From assembly GCF_055900595.2 (NCBI RefSeq), contig NZ_CM148325.1: a stretch of DNA of 64,000 nucleotides. One strand, written 5' to 3'. The position numbers and the translations under genes are program-made. The notes under the pieces are model-generated. The model did not search any database and had not been told where the DNA came from. It saw only the letters and a list, made by a program, of their open reading frames with translations. Shown here one piece after another: positions 11,734-30,781 of this stretch. Each line of letters begins with the position of its first letter. Position 1 is the first letter of the stretch.

Positions 11734-11961
11734 TTACTCATACGGGCCATGATGAATGTCGATCGGCAGCAGTAAAGTATCGAAAACAAGGGAGAATGGC
11801 AGATCAAGGATCGTGACGTAACGCCAGGCGGAGTCACGCACGTCCCATTGCACACCAGGATAATATTGGTTGCCATGCCCCTGCCCCGGTATAGTGCGAC
11901 TAATAATACTGCCGCAGCCACTCAACAAGGTCACCATAATACTGACCATGATGAAACGCAT
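11734..11961 (-). CDS. yceK: Lipoprotein YceK
   Basis: 75-aa ORF MRFIMVSIMVTLLSGCGS with lipobox; stop codon directly abuts msyB stop (convergent). Confidence 0.88.
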   Translation of the reverse strand: MRFIMVSIMVTLLSGCGSIISRTIPGQGHGNQYYPGVQWDVRDSAWRYVTILDLPFSLVFDTLLLPIDIHHGPYE

Positions 11962-11977
11962 TTGATACCTCTCCCGT

Positions 11978-12009
11978 AAAAAAATACCGGCATAACGCCG
12001 GTATTTTTA
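11978..12009. terminator. Bidirectional hairpin terminator between yceK and opgH
   Basis: A-run, hairpin TACCGGC-ataa-GCCGGTA, T-run. Confidence 0.55.
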
Positions 12010-12130
12010 TTGGCTCGTTGTTTTTGCCAGATGCAGCGTGAACGCCTTGTCCGACCTAAAAAATATTGCAAAATCAATACATCGTAGAACGTAGTGGCCT
12101 GATAAGCGTAGCGCATCAGGCCACTACGTT

Positions 12131-16313
<4,183 letters not shown>

Positions 16314-16595
16314 TCAGCACGCTGGCTCATGGATTAAGCACCTGATTGCAACCGTTTTCACTTTCCGTGCTTCTCCTAAAGACAGAAGCATCGACTTCGT
16401 GTAGGGTTTGCCAGCAAATTTATTTATCAACCGTCTTACAGACGCTTCCATTCTGGTTAGTGGTAGCGATGATGCTATGCATAAAAACCTTGAAGCCTGC
16501 GTCTGGCGCGGTCAGGTCGGTGTCGCTATGGCAACAAGCCTAAAGGCATAACCCGACAGGGATAAGACGAAAAATCCGAGATTAGTTAACCATAT

Positions 16596-17753
16596 ATGAA
16601 TCCAGTACCCGCGCAACGTGAATATTTCCTCGACTCCATCCGCGCCTGGCTGATGTTGTTAGGGATCCCTTTTCATATTTCTTTAATCTATTCGAGCCAT
16701 ACATGGCATGTGAATAGCGCCGAACCGTCATTGTGGCTGACCCTTTTTAATGACTTCATCCACTCGTTCCGCATGCAGGTATTTTTCGTTATATCCGGGT
16801 ACTTTTCTTACATGCTTTTTTTACGCTATCCCTTGAAAAAATGGTGGAAAGTACGTGTCGAACGTGTAGGGATCCCGATGTTAACAGCCATCCCCCTACT
16901 GACATTGCCGCAATTTATTATGCTGCAATACGTCAAAGGGAAAGCGGAAAGTTGGCCTGGGCTGTCATTGTATGACAAATATAATACGTTGGCCTGGGAA
17001 TTAATATCACACCTGTGGTTTTTACTGGTGTTAGTGGTCATGACGACGCTATGCGTATGGATATTTAAACGCATCAGAAATAATTTAGAAAATTCTGATA
17101 AAACGAATAAAAAATTCTCGATGGTAAAATTATCGGTGATTTTTTTGTGCCTCGGCATCGGTTATGCGGTAATAAGAAGAACGATTTTTATTGTGTATCC
17201 ACCCATTCTGAGTAACGGCATGTTCAATTTTATTGTCATGCAAACGTTATTTTATTTGCCGTTCTTTATCCTCGGCGCACTGGCTTTCATTTTCCCTCAT
17301 CTTAAAGCCTTGTTTACCACGCCGTCTCGTGGCTGTACCCTTGCAGCAGCATTGGCGTTTGTCGCTTATTTACTCAACCAGCGCTATGGCAGTGGCGATG
17401 CCTGGATGTACGAAACCGAGTCGGTGATCACCATGGTCCTCGGTCTGTGGATGGTGAATGTGGTCTTCTCCTTCGGCCACCGTTTCCTTAACTTCCAGTC
17501 AGCGCGGGTGACTTACTTTGTTAACGCATCGCTATTTATCTATCTGGTTCACCACCCGTTAACGCTGTTTTTCGGCGCGTACATTACACCGCACATCACC
17601 TCCAACTGGCTTGGTTTTCTCTGTGGCCTGATATTCGTAGTAGGGATTGCGATAATTCTGTATGAAATTCATTTACGCATCCCGTTACTGAAGTTTTTGT
17701 TCTCTGGTAAACCGGTTGTTAAGCGTGAGAACGATAAAGCACCAGCCCGTTAA
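16596..17753 (+). CDS. opgC: OPG succinyltransferase (acyltransferase-3 family membrane protein)
   Basis: 385-aa [33 protein letters not shown]; multi-TM; recognised as OpgC (MdoC). Confidence 0.9.
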   Translation: MNPVPAQREYFLDSIRAWLMLLGIPFHISLIYSSHTWHVNSAEPSLWLTLFNDFIHSFRMQVFFVISGYFSYMLFLRYPLKKWWKVRVERVGIPMLTAIPLLTLPQFIMLQYVKGKAESWPGLSLYDKYNTLAWELISHLWFLLVLVVMTTLCVWIFKRIRNNLENSDKTNKKFSMVKLSVIFLCLGIGYAVIRRTIFIVYPPILSNGMFNFIVMQTLFYLPFFILGALAFIFPHLKALFTTPSRGCTLAAALAFVAYLLNQRYGSGDAWMYETESVITMVLGLWMVNVVFSFGHRFLNFQSARVTYFVNASLFIYLVHHPLTLFFGAYITPHITSNWLGFLCGLIFVVGIAIILYEIHLRIPLLKFLFSGKPVVKRENDKAPAR

Positions 17754-17760
17754 GCCGCGT

Positions 17761-19191
17761 TTACAATAACCATTCCACAGGCAATATCGACGCCAGTCTG
17801 ACCATAACCCGCTTCCAGAAACTGGTAGCGGGTTCTTTTTTGAGAACAATTTCTTTCTTTGCATGACGATCAACCCAGTTGATCCGCCCCCACCTGTCCA
17901 GACGGAGCTGCCAGGCCGCATCATACTGGCTCTGAATAAAGCGTTTATCAATTAACTGTGCCAGCGTTTCGCTCTCTATCACGAACCCCATTTCAGTATT
18001 GAGCAATGTCGAACGTGGATCGAAATTGAAAGAGCCAATAAACACCGTTTTACCATCGATGCTAAAGGTTTTAGCATGCAGGCTGGCACCGGAATTACCG
18101 GTTATGCCGCGATCGTGTAACGTACTACTTTGTTCACGCGTCGGCTTGAGTTCATATAATTCCACGCCGTAGCGGAGCAATTTTTTGCGCCAGCGCGCGT
18201 ATCCGGCATGGACGACAGCAACATCGTTAGCGGCAAGAGAATTGGTTAGGATCGCAATCTTTACCCCTTTTCTCACCATCCGTAAGAGTTGCGCCACACC
18301 TGCGCGTGTCGGTACAAAATAGGAAGAGATAATATCGATGCGTTCACTGGGTGAGCCCATGATATCGAACAGGCGCTGCGGTAACAGTGAATGCCGTTTT
18401 GCCTTGCCTTCCCCTTTCGCCGGATCATCACTTAATAAACGTGTTTTCGCCCAGATAAGCGGCAACGTTCCATCAACCAGATGATTTATAAACGGGCTGG
18501 ATTCCATTTTGCGTAAATAACGATGCGTCATGGCATCGTCATGCCAGGAGGCGGGTAACTCGATGCGATCCGCCATTTCACCTTCCGGGACATCCAGCAC
18601 CTGCTGTAAGGGTGAAACCGATTTACAATACCAGTAGCGGGCGAAATCATCGGCAACGTCCTCTACAACTGGTCCTATTGCCATGACATCTAAATCCGAA
18701 AAAAGTGGCTCTTCCCCTGCACCAAAATAGGCATCACCAATATTTCGTCCCCCCACCAGAGTCACCACACCATCGACGGTGAAACTTTTATTGTGCATAC
18801 GGCGATTGAGACGGGAAAAGTCGGTGATATAACCAAGCGGACGTAGCAGTCGAAACGAAAAAGGATTAAAAAGTCGGACTTCAATGCGGGGATGACTGTC
18901 AAGCAAGCGTAAAATGTCGTCAAGTCCGGGTGTATTGTTGTCGTCCAGCAACAAACGGACGCGAACGCCACGCTTTGCTGCGGCTAACAGGGCGGAAAAC
19001 AGTAACCGACCCGACATATCGTCCTGCCAGATGTAATACTGAACATCCAGCGTATGCTCTGCCATTTCGGCCAGACGATACCGGGCGGCAAACGCATCCA
19101 GACTTTTCTCCAGAGGAAAAAGGCCACACTGACCGGGATGTTGCGAACACAGTGGCAGCACCGCGCTCGCCAGCCGGGGCAAATCATTCAT
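17761..19191 (-). CDS. clsC: Cardiolipin synthase C (phospholipase D family, two HKD motifs)
   Basis: ORF 17761..19251; start placed at [17 protein letters not shown] 19191, 2 bp after ymdB stop; HxK(x)4D motifs ([15 protein letters not shown]); recognised as ClsC (YmdC). Confidence 0.85.
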   Translation of the reverse strand: MNDLPRLASAVLPLCSQHPGQCGLFPLEKSLDAFAARYRLAEMAEHTLDVQYYIWQDDMSGRLLFSALLAAAKRGVRVRLLLDDNNTPGLDDILRLLDSHPRIEVRLFNPFSFRLLRPLGYITDFSRLNRRMHNKSFTVDGVVTLVGGRNIGDAYFGAGEEPLFSDLDVMAIGPVVEDVADDFARYWYCKSVSPLQQVLDVPEGEMADRIELPASWHDDAMTHRYLRKMESSPFINHLVDGTLPLIWAKTRLLSDDPAKGEGKAKRHSLLPQRLFDIMGSPSERIDIISSYFVPTRAGVAQLLRMVRKGVKIAILTNSLAANDVAVVHAGYARWRKKLLRYGVELYELKPTREQSSTLHDRGITGNSGASLHAKTFSIDGKTVFIGSFNFDPRSTLLNTEMGFVIESETLAQLIDKRFIQSQYDAAWQLRLDRWGRINWVDRHAKKEIVLKKEPATSFWKRVMVRLASILPVEWLL

Positions 19192-19717
19192 CTCCTTGTT
19201 GGGTAAGGAGTCTTTCGTAGAGGTGGGCGTTTTCTTCATCATAACAGACAAAGTATACCTGTTCGGGTAAAGCGTGACGGGTAATAAATTCTGAAACGGT
19301 TTTTACTGCGATTTCAGCCGCTGCCGCGCGAGGGTAACCATAAACCCCAGTACTAATTGCAGGAAAAGCCACTGACGTATAGCTGTTTGCCGCCACCAGT
19401 CGTAGGCTATTGAGATAGGCATCCTGCAAAAGCTGGTCTTCGTTTTGTTCACCACCACGCCAGACTGGGCCGACGGTGTGCACTACGGCTTTCGCGGGAA
19501 GATCGCCTGCAAGCGTAATAACGGCATGCCCCGTAGGGCAATCGCCCTGCTGTTGCCTGACTTTTAAACAGGCATCCAGAAGGGCCGGACCCGCTGCGCG
19601 ATGAATGGCTCCATCGACGCCGCCGCCTCCCATTAATGACGGATTAGCCGCATTCACAATCACATCAACGGCCAGTTTGGTAATATCACCCTGCACAACA
19701 TGAATACGCGTTTTCAT
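19184..19717 (-). CDS. ymdB: Macrodomain O-acetyl-ADP-ribose deacetylase
   Basis: 177-aa [46 protein letters not shown]; macro domain motifs; recognised as YmdB. Confidence 0.93.
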
Positions 19718-19811
19718 AACGCCTCCTTACACCTTCTTGTTTCTTAAGTGTACAGCAGGCTTTTTGGTTAAATCGCATTTTTCTGCTCAGCAAGGTGAGT
19801 TGTTCAGAAAC

Positions 19812-20191
<380 letters not shown>

Positions 20192-20192
20192 C

Positions 20193-20229
<37 letters not shown>

Positions 20230-20230
20230 T

Positions 20231-20576
<346 letters not shown>

Positions 20577-20634
20577 ATTCTTCTCCCGAAAAAAAACAGG
20601 GCTTGCGCCCTGTTTCTTTAATACAGAGGATGTA

Positions 20635-21090
20635 TTAGTACTGATGAGCGGTCGCGTTGTTACCAAAGCCAACCTGAGTGACGTTAACGCTGGAGTTAGA
20701 TGCAGTCTGGTCAACAGCAGCACCGTTACCGCCACCGAACTGTTTAACAGTCATAGTAGAATCTTTACCATTCCACTGATCAAGAGTGGCGCTGTTACCG
20801 AAGCCACGCTGAGTCAGATCGATTGAGCTGTCATCTGAGCCCTGACCAACATCTGCACCGTTACCACCGCCATGCTGGGTAATAGTCAAGTCAGAGTTAC
20901 GGGCATCAGTTTGCAGAGCAAGTGCAGAGTTACCGCCACCGTACTGGTAAATGTTCAGCTCTGAATTTGGGCCGCTATTATTACCGCCACCACCGTGGTT
21001 ACCGCCGCCGCCGTACTGAGGAACAACACCTGCCAGAGCGCTACCAGAGAATACGATTGCTGCAATTGCTGCTACTTTTAAAAGTTTCAT
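20635..21090 (-). CDS. csgA: Major curlin subunit CsgA
   Basis: 151-aa ORF with signal peptide and five imperfect S-x5-Q-x-G-x-G-N-x-A amyloid repeats; recognised as CsgA. Confidence 0.95.
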   Translation of the reverse strand: MKLLKVAAIAAIVFSGSALAGVVPQYGGGGNHGGGGNNSGPNSELNIYQYGGGNSALALQTDARNSDLTITQHGGGNGADVGQGSDDSSIDLTQRGFGNSATLDQWNGKDSTMTVKQFGGGNGAAVDQTASNSSVNVTQVGFGNNATAHQY

Positions 21091-21130
21091 GTAAAACCCC
21101 CATCGGATTGATTTAAAAGTCGAATGGAAA

Positions 21131-21586
21131 TTAACGTTGTGTCACGCGAATAGCCATTTGCGACTGTCTCTGCACTACAATTGCCGTTTTTTGAGTACCA
21201 TACTGTGTAATATTTGCTTTATTACCAGAACCTTTCTGGATAATCATCGCAGTATTACCATAAGCACCTTGCGAAATACTGGCATCGTTGGCATTGCCCG
21301 CCTGATCAATATATGCAAGGTTATAATCTCCTGTCTGGTCAATCTTTGCCCGGTTGCTACTACCTTCTTGCGCAACAACCGCCAAAAGTTTTGAGCCTCC
21401 CTGCCGTAACTGAGCACTATTATTAGTCCCAGCTTGACCAATTATGGCTGCCTGATTAAATGAAGACTTACTCAATTCATTTACCGCGAAGTTATATTCT
21501 GAATTAGCTAAATCATAACCTGCTGCGGCTGCAATCCCAGGCGCACCCAGTATTGTTAACATCATAAATAACAATTTGTTTTTCAT
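21131..21586 (-). CDS. csgB: Minor curlin nucleator CsgB
   Basis: 151-aa product MKNKLLFMMLTILGAPGIAAA from internal ATG of ORF 21131..21613; curlin repeats. Confidence 0.93.
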   Translation of the reverse strand: MKNKLLFMMLTILGAPGIAAAAGYDLANSEYNFAVNELSKSSFNQAAIIGQAGTNNSAQLRQGGSKLLAVVAQEGSSNRAKIDQTGDYNLAYIDQAGNANDASISQGAYGNTAMIIQKGSGNKANITQYGTQKTAIVVQRQSQMAIRVTQR

Positions 21587-22340
21587 GTTGTCACCCTGGA
21601 CCTGGTCGTACATTTAAGAAATTAAATCATTTCAACTTGGTTGTTAACGCAACCTGTATTTTGTTAACGCCGCGTTACGATGGAAAGTATGTCTGCGGAA
21701 ATATTTTTAATAACTCACCTGCGCGTTGTATTTTTCTTTTTTTGTTCATACCAAAGTATTAAAACCCACGTAAATACGCTGTTATCTACGCAAAAAAATA
21801 TTTTGTTTTCTTTTAAATTTCGGTTTTCCGCAATCAAAAATCACCAGACAGTCATTCTTCTTGCCCGTCGCTGATTGCTGCGATATGTCTTGCGCACAAG
21901 CCGTGACAAACCTCGTCTTTTTGCAGTAAAAAATTGTCCACGGAGGTGTGGAGAAAAAACAAGAACGTTTTACATGACGAAAGGACTACACCGAAATATT
22001 TTTTATATGCATTATTAGCAAGTTAGCACCATTTGTATGATTTTTTAAAATTGTGCAAGAAAAACCAAATGTACAACTTTTCTATCATTTCTAAACTTAA
22101 TAAAACCTTAAGATTAACATTTTAATATAACGAGTTACATTTAGTTACATGTTTAACACTTGATTTAAGATTTGTAATGGCTAGATTGAAATCAGATGTA
22201 ATCCATTAGTTTTATATTTTACCCATTTAGGGCTGATTTATTACTACACACAGCAGTGCAACATCTGTCAGTACTTCTGGTGCTTCTATTTTAGAGGCAG
22301 CTGTCAGGTGTGCGATCAATAAAAAAAGCGGGGTTTCATC
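21587..22340. promoter_or_regulatory. Divergent csgBAC / csgDEFG control region (AT-rich, ~750 bp)
   Basis: Long AT-rich intergenic region between divergent csgB and csgD; by established knowledge it carries the RpoS-dependent csgD and csgB promoters and a long csgD 5-prime UTR; individual binding sites not resolved by eye. Confidence 0.7.
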
Positions 22341-22991
<651 letters not shown>

Positions 22992-22995
22992 AGCC

Positions 22996-23385
22996 ATGAA
23001 ACGTTATTTACGCTGGATTGTGGCGGCAGAATTCCTGTTCGCCGCAGGGAATCTTCACGCCGTTGAGGTAGAAGTCCCGGGCTTGTTAACTGACCATACT
23101 GTTTCATCAATTGGCCATGATTTTTACCGAGCCTTTAGTGATAAATGGGAAAGTGACTATACGGGTAACTTAACGATTAATGAAAGGCCCAGTGCACGAT
23201 GGGGAAGTTGGATCACAATAACGGTCAATCAGGACGTTATTTTCCAGACTTTTTTATTCCCGTTGAAAAGAGACTTCGAAAAAACTGTCGTCTTTGCACT
23301 GATTCAAACTGAAGAAGCACTAAATCGTCGCCAGATAAATCAGGCGTTATTGAGTACGGGCGATTTGGCGCATGATGAATTCTAA
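22996..23385 (+). CDS. csgE: Curli secretion specificity factor CsgE
   Basis: 129-aa ORF with signal peptide, 5 bp after csgD; recognised as CsgE. Confidence 0.92.
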
Positions 23386-23409
23386 ATAAAAAATTGTTCG
23401 GAGGCTGCA

Positions 23410-23826
23410 ATGCGTGTCAAACATGCAGTAGTTCTACTCATGCTTATTTCGCCTTTAAGTTGGGCTGGAACCATGACTTTCCAGTTCCGTAATCCAAACT
23501 TTGGTGGCAACCCAAATAATGGCGCTTTTTTATTAAATAGCGCCCAGGCACAGAACTCGTATAAAGATCCGAGCTATAACGATGACTTTGGTATTGAAAC
23601 GCCATCAGCGTTAGATAACTTTACCCAGGCCATCCAGTCACAAATTTTAGGTGGGCTACTGTCGAATATTAATACCGGTAAACCGGGCCGCATGGTGACC
23701 AACGATTATATTGTCGATATCGCTAACCGCGATGGTCAATTGCAGTTGAATGTGACGGATCGCAAAACCGGACAAACCTCGACCATCCAGGTTTCGGGTT
23801 TACAAAATAACTCAACCGATTTTTAA
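23410..23826 (+). CDS. csgF: Curli assembly component CsgF
   Basis: 138-aa [41 protein letters not shown]; recognised as CsgF. Confidence 0.92.
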
Positions 23827-23852
23827 GCCCCAGCTTCATAAGGAAAATAATC

Positions 23853-24686
23853 ATGCAGCGCTTATTTCTTTTGGTTGCCGTCATGTTACTGAGCGGATGC
23901 TTAACCGCCCCGCCTAAAGAAGCCGCCAGACCGACATTAATGCCTCGTGCTCAGAGCTACAAAGATTTGACCCATCTGCCAGCGCCGACGGGTAAGATCT
24001 TTGTTTCGGTATACAACATTCAGGACGAAACCGGGCAATTTAAACCCTACCCGGCAAGTAACTTCTCCACTGCTGTTCCGCAAAGCGCCACGGCAATGCT
24101 CGTCACGGCATTAAAAGATTCTCGCTGGTTTATACCGCTGGAGCGCCAGGGCTTACAAAACCTGCTTAACGAGCGCAAGATTATTCGTGCGGCACAAGAA
24201 AACGGCACGGTTGCCATTAATAACCGAATCCCGCTGCAATCTTTAACGGCGGCAAATATCATGGTTGAAGGTTCGATTATCGGTTATGAAAGCAACGTTA
24301 AATCGGGCGGTGTTGGTGCAAGATATTTTGGGATCGGTGCCGACACGCAATACCAGCTCGATCAGATTGCCGTGAACCTGCGTGTCGTCAATGTGAGTAC
24401 CGGTGAGATCCTCTCCTCGGTGAACACCAGTAAGACGATACTTTCCTATGAAGTTCAGGCGGGGGTCTTCCGCTTTATTGACTACCAGCGCTTACTGGAA
24501 GGGGAAGTAGGTTACACCTCGAACGAACCCGTTATGCTGTGCCTGATGTCGGCTATCGAAACAGGCGTCATTTTCCTGATTAATGATGGTATCGACCGCG
24601 GTCTTTGGGATTTGCAGAACAAAGCAGAACGGCAGAATGACATTCTGGTGAAATACCGCCATATGTCGGTTCCACCGGAATCCTGA
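23853..24686 (+). CDS. csgG: Curli outer-membrane secretion channel lipoprotein CsgG
   Basis: 277-aa ORF MQRLFLLVAVMLLSGCLTAPPKE with lipobox; recognised as CsgG. Confidence 0.95.
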   Translation: MQRLFLLVAVMLLSGCLTAPPKEAARPTLMPRAQSYKDLTHLPAPTGKIFVSVYNIQDETGQFKPYPASNFSTAVPQSATAMLVTALKDSRWFIPLERQGLQNLLNERKIIRAAQENGTVAINNRIPLQSLTAANIMVEGSIIGYESNVKSGGVGARYFGIGADTQYQLDQIAVNLRVVNVSTGEILSSVNTSKTILSYEVQAGVFRFIDYQRLLEGEVGYTSNEPVMLCLMSAIETGVIFLINDGIDRGLWDLQNKAERQNDILVKYRHMSVPPES

Positions 24687-24693
24687 TAGATAA

Positions 24694-24722
24694 AAATGCC
24701 GGAATTATCATCCGGCATTTTA
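24694..24722. terminator. Bidirectional terminator between csgG and ycdZ
   Basis: AAAATGCCGGA-attatca-TCCGGCATTTT: perfect hairpin flanked by A- and T-runs. Confidence 0.7.
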
Positions 24723-24749
24723 CTGTTCAAGCGAAAGCGTGAGTGCCCC

Positions 24750-25241
24750 TCACGCTTTATTTTTGATTTGCTGCTCACGGTGAGCCGTCTTTGCACTACG
24801 CGCCGCCAGCCACAAGCCGCTGTTTTTCATTGCGTAACCAAATATCAACCCGAGCGCCAGCGAAGGTAACACCAGTTTCCAGTCACCCTGCCCGGCAAAC
24901 GTCGCGCATGCGCCTATAAACGTCCCCGGAACAAATGAAAGCAGCAGCTGTTTCGCCTGAATACACATCAGAAACGCGACAATACCGGTTATGACATAAC
25001 CGAGAATTTCCAGATGTGGTGCCAGTGCACTACCGTAAATAATGACCATCGCCCACACCACGCCACTAAGCAGGGTTGCAGCGGAGATCGCCAGCCCTTT
25101 CAGCCCACCTTGCGGGCAGGCAAAGTAGGCCGTACAGCCCAGGAAACCCGCCCAGCTTAGTAAGCCCAGGGAAACAGCCACCCATCCCCAGATACCGGAG
25201 AGAATGCCTGTTGTGATTGCAATAGAGAGAAGTATGTTCAT
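24750..25241 (-). CDS. ycdZ: Inner membrane protein YcdZ (DUF1097)
   Basis: 163-aa product MNILLSIAITTGILSGIWGWVAVSLG from internal ATG of ORF 24750..25289; multi-TM. Confidence 0.85.
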   Translation of the reverse strand: MNILLSIAITTGILSGIWGWVAVSLGLLSWAGFLGCTAYFACPQGGLKGLAISAATLLSGVVWAMVIIYGSALAPHLEILGYVITGIVAFLMCIQAKQLLLSFVPGTFIGACATFAGQGDWKLVLPSLALGLIFGYAMKNSGLWLAARSAKTAHREQQIKNKA

Positions 25242-25342
25242 GCCGCGCATGATAGCAGAAAACGCGGCCATGAATGAGATCGAGCACACATTTTATGCAA
25301 CAACAAATTATCTGTTGCAGTTATGAGTGATGGAGATCACAT

Positions 25343-25897
25343 TTACTCTTCAGAATCTTCTTCAAGCTCGTCCCACATTGCACTAATAGCATCGCGGGTT
25401 AGCGGTGCCATGGTGCGCCAGAAAGGCGTAGTTGCATGGGCCTCCACTTTGCCAAGGAACGCACCACACCAGGGTAACAGATACTCACTGAACAGTGTTT
25501 CCAGTGCTTCGCTCTCATCTTCCGTTGACTGATCTTCCAGCCAGGAAGCCGCGAGCAGCAATGTACCGATGTGATCGGCTGGCGTATCCGCTAATGGCAT
25601 CCCTCGTTCGGAAAGAAAAGCGCGCACTTCCGCTTCCGTCGCGCCCTCAACCCATGCGCTACGATATGGCGGCACAGCACATTCATCGCCGATAAACAAC
25701 GCATTGTAATCGGCAGAGACTTGCGCCATATCACAGCTTTTCTGTAAACGTATCAGTAACTCATCCTGCTCCAGTGGCCAGTTCGCAGCCAGTTTCCCTT
25801 CACGAATCAGGGTAAACAGCGGCACCAGTAAAGGGTCTTGCGGTTGGCGGTAATAGAGCGAACCCAGCACACGACAGAGGATAGAAAACTCGTTCAT
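25343..25897 (-). CDS. ycdY: TorD-family redox enzyme maturation chaperone YcdY
   Basis: 184-aa ORF MNEFSILCRVLGSLYYRQPQDPLLVPLF; recognised as YcdY. Confidence 0.9.
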   Translation of the reverse strand: MNEFSILCRVLGSLYYRQPQDPLLVPLFTLIREGKLAANWPLEQDELLIRLQKSCDMAQVSADYNALFIGDECAVPPYRSAWVEGATEAEVRAFLSERGMPLADTPADHIGTLLLAASWLEDQSTEDESEALETLFSEYLLPWCGAFLGKVEAHATTPFWRTMAPLTRDAISAMWDELEEDSEE

Positions 25898-25920
25898 TAA
25901 TATATTTCCATTACTAGTAA

Positions 25921-26658
25921 TTAAAGGTCTGCAAATTCCGCAATCGGTGCCATACCGCGAGATTCAAGGAAGTTCAGTAAGCGGCGTGGAGAAACATTCA
26001 AAATGCGCTCTGGCGGAAAATCTACCGCGTCGAGGATTTTAAGACACTCTTCAAATTCACCCATGGTAAACGCGGTGTGAGAATCCGAGCCTAATGCCAC
26101 CCAACCTCCAGCGTCACGTACCGCTGCGGCTACCGCACGACAGTTGTCTTCACTGCCCTTACGTGAGTGTAAAAATGAGGAATTATTGATTTCCAGCGCC
26201 ACCTGATGTTTCGCAGCTGCTTCAGCAACGGCTTTAACATCTATTTCATATTTCGGATTTCCGGGATGGCTTATTATATGCACATTGCCGCTGGCGATAG
26301 TGGCGATCATCGCTTGCGTATTGGTCGCTTTGTCATGCGGCGCAAACACCGGCTCATGAAAACCGGCAATAATCAGATCCAGCGAATCAAACATTTTGCC
26401 ACTGCAGTCAATTTCACCGTCAACATTTTTAATGTTAGCTTCGATGCCGCGCAGGATCCCAACCCCATCAACCACTCGCGGCCAGATACGCATGTTAATG
26501 AAGTGCCAGTGATGCGGCGCATCTTCCATATCTGGGCCATGATCGGTGATCGCAAAAAGTTTAATGCCCTTTTGTTTGGCCTGGGCAATGTAATCACTCA
26601 ATGTGCTATATGCATGCGTGCTGGCAACGGTATGCATATGAAGGTCGACGGGATACAT
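25921..26658 (-). CDS. ycdX: PHP-family zinc phosphatase YcdX
   Basis: 245-aa [29 protein letters not shown]-domain His motifs. Confidence 0.92.
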
Positions 26659-26715
26659 AACTCTCTCCTGTATTCAATTCCCGCCAAGGATAGCAGGAAA
26701 CCTGATGCTTTATTA

Positions 26716-27159
<444 letters not shown>

Positions 27160-27182
27160 TTATCAAAATCATTAAGTTAAGG

Positions 27183-27244
27183 TAGATACACATCTTGTCA
27201 TATGATCAAATGGTTTCGCCAAAAATCAATAATCAGACAACAAA

Positions 27245-27252
<8 letters not shown>
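27183..27252 (-). ncRNA. IS10 antisense RNA-OUT (position inferred from the canonical IS10 map, not independently delimited)
   Basis: By established knowledge IS10 pOUT produces a ~69-nt antisense RNA overlapping the 5-prime end of the transposase mRNA near the outside end; coordinates are approximate. Confidence 0.4.
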
Positions 27253-29028
<1,776 letters not shown>

Positions 29029-29222
29029 TTATCGTTATGATCTACAAAGGCCACCAGCATAACAAATCCGTGGTCGGTGGCAAAAAAAGCAGATTTCGCT
29101 TATTAAAACTGCATATTGATTGAAGTTTGAATAAACGCGCGATTTTTTTAAAAAGTTTGTTGACCTCAGGTCATGATTTCCCTAAATTAGCGCCCGTTCC
29201 AGCAAGACAGGAACGACAATTT

Positions 29223-29310
29223 GGTGAGGTGTCCGAGTGGCTGAAGGAGCACGCCTGGAAAGTGTGTATACGGCAACGTATCGGGGGTTCGAATCCCCCC
29301 CTCACCGCCA
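29223..29310 (+). tRNA. serX: tRNA-Ser (anticodon GGA)
   Basis: GGTGAGGTGTCCGAGTGGCTGAAGGAGCACGCCTGGAAAGTGTGTATACGGCAACGTATCGGGGGTTCGAATCCCCCCCTCACCGCCA: cloverleaf with long variable arm, anticodon loop CTGGAAA, encoded CCA. Confidence 0.93.
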
Positions 29311-29413
29311 TCTTTAAAGAAGAGCTCGTACGAAGGTACGGGCTTTTTTTTCGTATATTGCACACACCGGGGGATGAAAAGCCCCGACCGGGGTTCGACA
29401 ACTGGCGACAAAC

Positions 29414-30781
29414 TCAATCATCATCCTTGCAGTTGATAAGAATTTCTGCCTCTTTTACAACTATCTTATTACGTCCGGTTTCTTTCGCTTCATATAGTGC
29501 ATTATCAGCCATTCGATAGATTTCATTCGGATTTAACGCACTTCCCTGAGTCACCACAGCGCCAATGCTAATCGTCACTTTTTGCGGTATGGCGTATTCA
29601 GGATTATCGCCTGTCAAACGCTCTACATTTGCCCTTATCCTTTCGGCTAAAACTTTCGCGCTTTCAGTATCGGTCTCCGTCAGCAAGACGCCAAACTCTT
29701 CGCCGCCAACGCGTGCTAAAAGGTCATTTGGTCGTATGCTTTTCCCAATGATGCTCACCACTGTTTTTATCACCTGATCGCCAACCGGATGCCCCCACGT
29801 ATCGTTAACTTTTTTAAAGTGATCGATATCCATAATCATGACACAATAAGACGTTTTTTGGGCTGATGCTGATTGAGCCTTCAGTTCATTGAAAAAATAA
29901 TTCCTGTTAAATATATTAGTTAATGGATCGCGATGGGCAATGTTCTTTGTTACTCGTAGCGCACTGAAAATATGGCACATAAATATTACCATAACGGTTA
30001 ATTTACTGACTACTTCAATAGTGCGGCTAATATACCAAGTGGACACACTATACCTGCTCATAAATAACAGAGAGATATTATACAGCACGGCACAGAAAGC
30101 AATCACTGATACTCCATTCCAGATATCACAGCGTAAACCATTAAAGTATAGATTAACCAAAAGCAAGATTAACCACATGAAAATCATTATGGTAACATAT
30201 GAGGTTTTCCAGACTACCTGACCATTTTCATTTGTTAACTCGGCAATATGTAAACTGTAGTCATCATAATGACTACTTAGCATGTGAGCAACTGCCGCCC
30301 CCCCAAAAATAAAAAATAGGCTTATACACAATGTCATTTTTTTGGAAAAAAAACAGCGTTTCTTATTGTTTTCACTAACTTTATTCACCAGCGCTAGCAA
30401 TATTAACATGCACAAACTCATCTGACGAAACAAATAATAAATTGCAATATCATTTTGTACAACGCTGCTTATCAAATGCCCCTCAATAAATTGCTGAATG
30501 ATAATGGCAGTTTTAACAAAGTAAATCAAACAACTCAGAAACGCTAAACTAAGTATACAGTTTGAAAATTGCACACGATCATAAATGAAATACAATTGCA
30601 TGAAAATAAATGCAACGGTATCGATAAAAAATAAAGCAATCATAACCATTAGATAGGTTGATCGTGGAACAACCTCCTCAACGGTTGGCTGATTAAACCA
30701 ACTATTTACCAAAACGAATGCAAGCCCAAACAATAAGCTCACCAATACAGTACTACTAATTCCCAAATAGTCTTTTTCCAT
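29414..30781 (-). CDS. dgcT: Membrane-anchored diguanylate cyclase (GGDEF; active-site variant GGEEF)
   Basis: Product MEKDYLGISSTVLVSLLFGLA from internal ATG of ORF 29414..30871; N-terminal multi-TM domain; C-terminal GGDEF domain (RVGGEEFGVLL); recognised as DgcT (YcdT). Confidence 0.88.
   Translation of the reverse strand: MEKDYLGISSTVLVSLLFGLAFVLVNSWFNQPTVEEVVPRSTYLMVMIALFFIDTVAFIFMQLYFIYDRVQFSNCILSLAFLSCLIYFVKTAIIIQQFIEGHLISSVVQNDIAIYYLFRQMSLCMLILLALVNKVSENNKKRCFFSKKMTLCISLFFIFGGAAVAHMLSSHYDDYSLHIAELTNENGQVVWKTSYVTIMIFMWLILLLVNLYFNGLRCDIWNGVSVIAFCAVLYNISLLFMSRYSVSTWYISRTIEVVSKLTVMVIFMCHIFSALRVTKNIAHRDPLTNIFNRNYFFNELKAQSASAQKTSYCVMIMDIDHFKKVNDTWGHPVGDQVIKTVVSIIGKSIRPNDLLARVGGEEFGVLLTETDTESAKVLAERIRANVERLTGDNPEYAIPQKVTISIGAVVTQGSALNPNEIYRMADNALYEAKETGRNKIVVKEAEILINCKDDD

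Noticed and set aside
16346-16543. 65-aa ORF in the opgG-opgC intergenic region
   Set aside because: No convincing RBS, lies in the divergent promoter region and has no recognisable family features; could be checked with ribosome profiling
17761-19251. 496-aa long form of clsC overlapping ymdB by 68 bp
   Set aside because: The ATG at 19191 gives a 2-bp spacing after the ymdB stop typical of operon coupling; the longer form would require extensive overlap, though it cannot be fully excluded
29127-29519. 130-aa plus-strand ORF overlapping serX
   Set aside because: Reads straight through the tRNA-Ser gene and into the antisense of the dgcT 3-prime end; the tRNA structure explains the sequence
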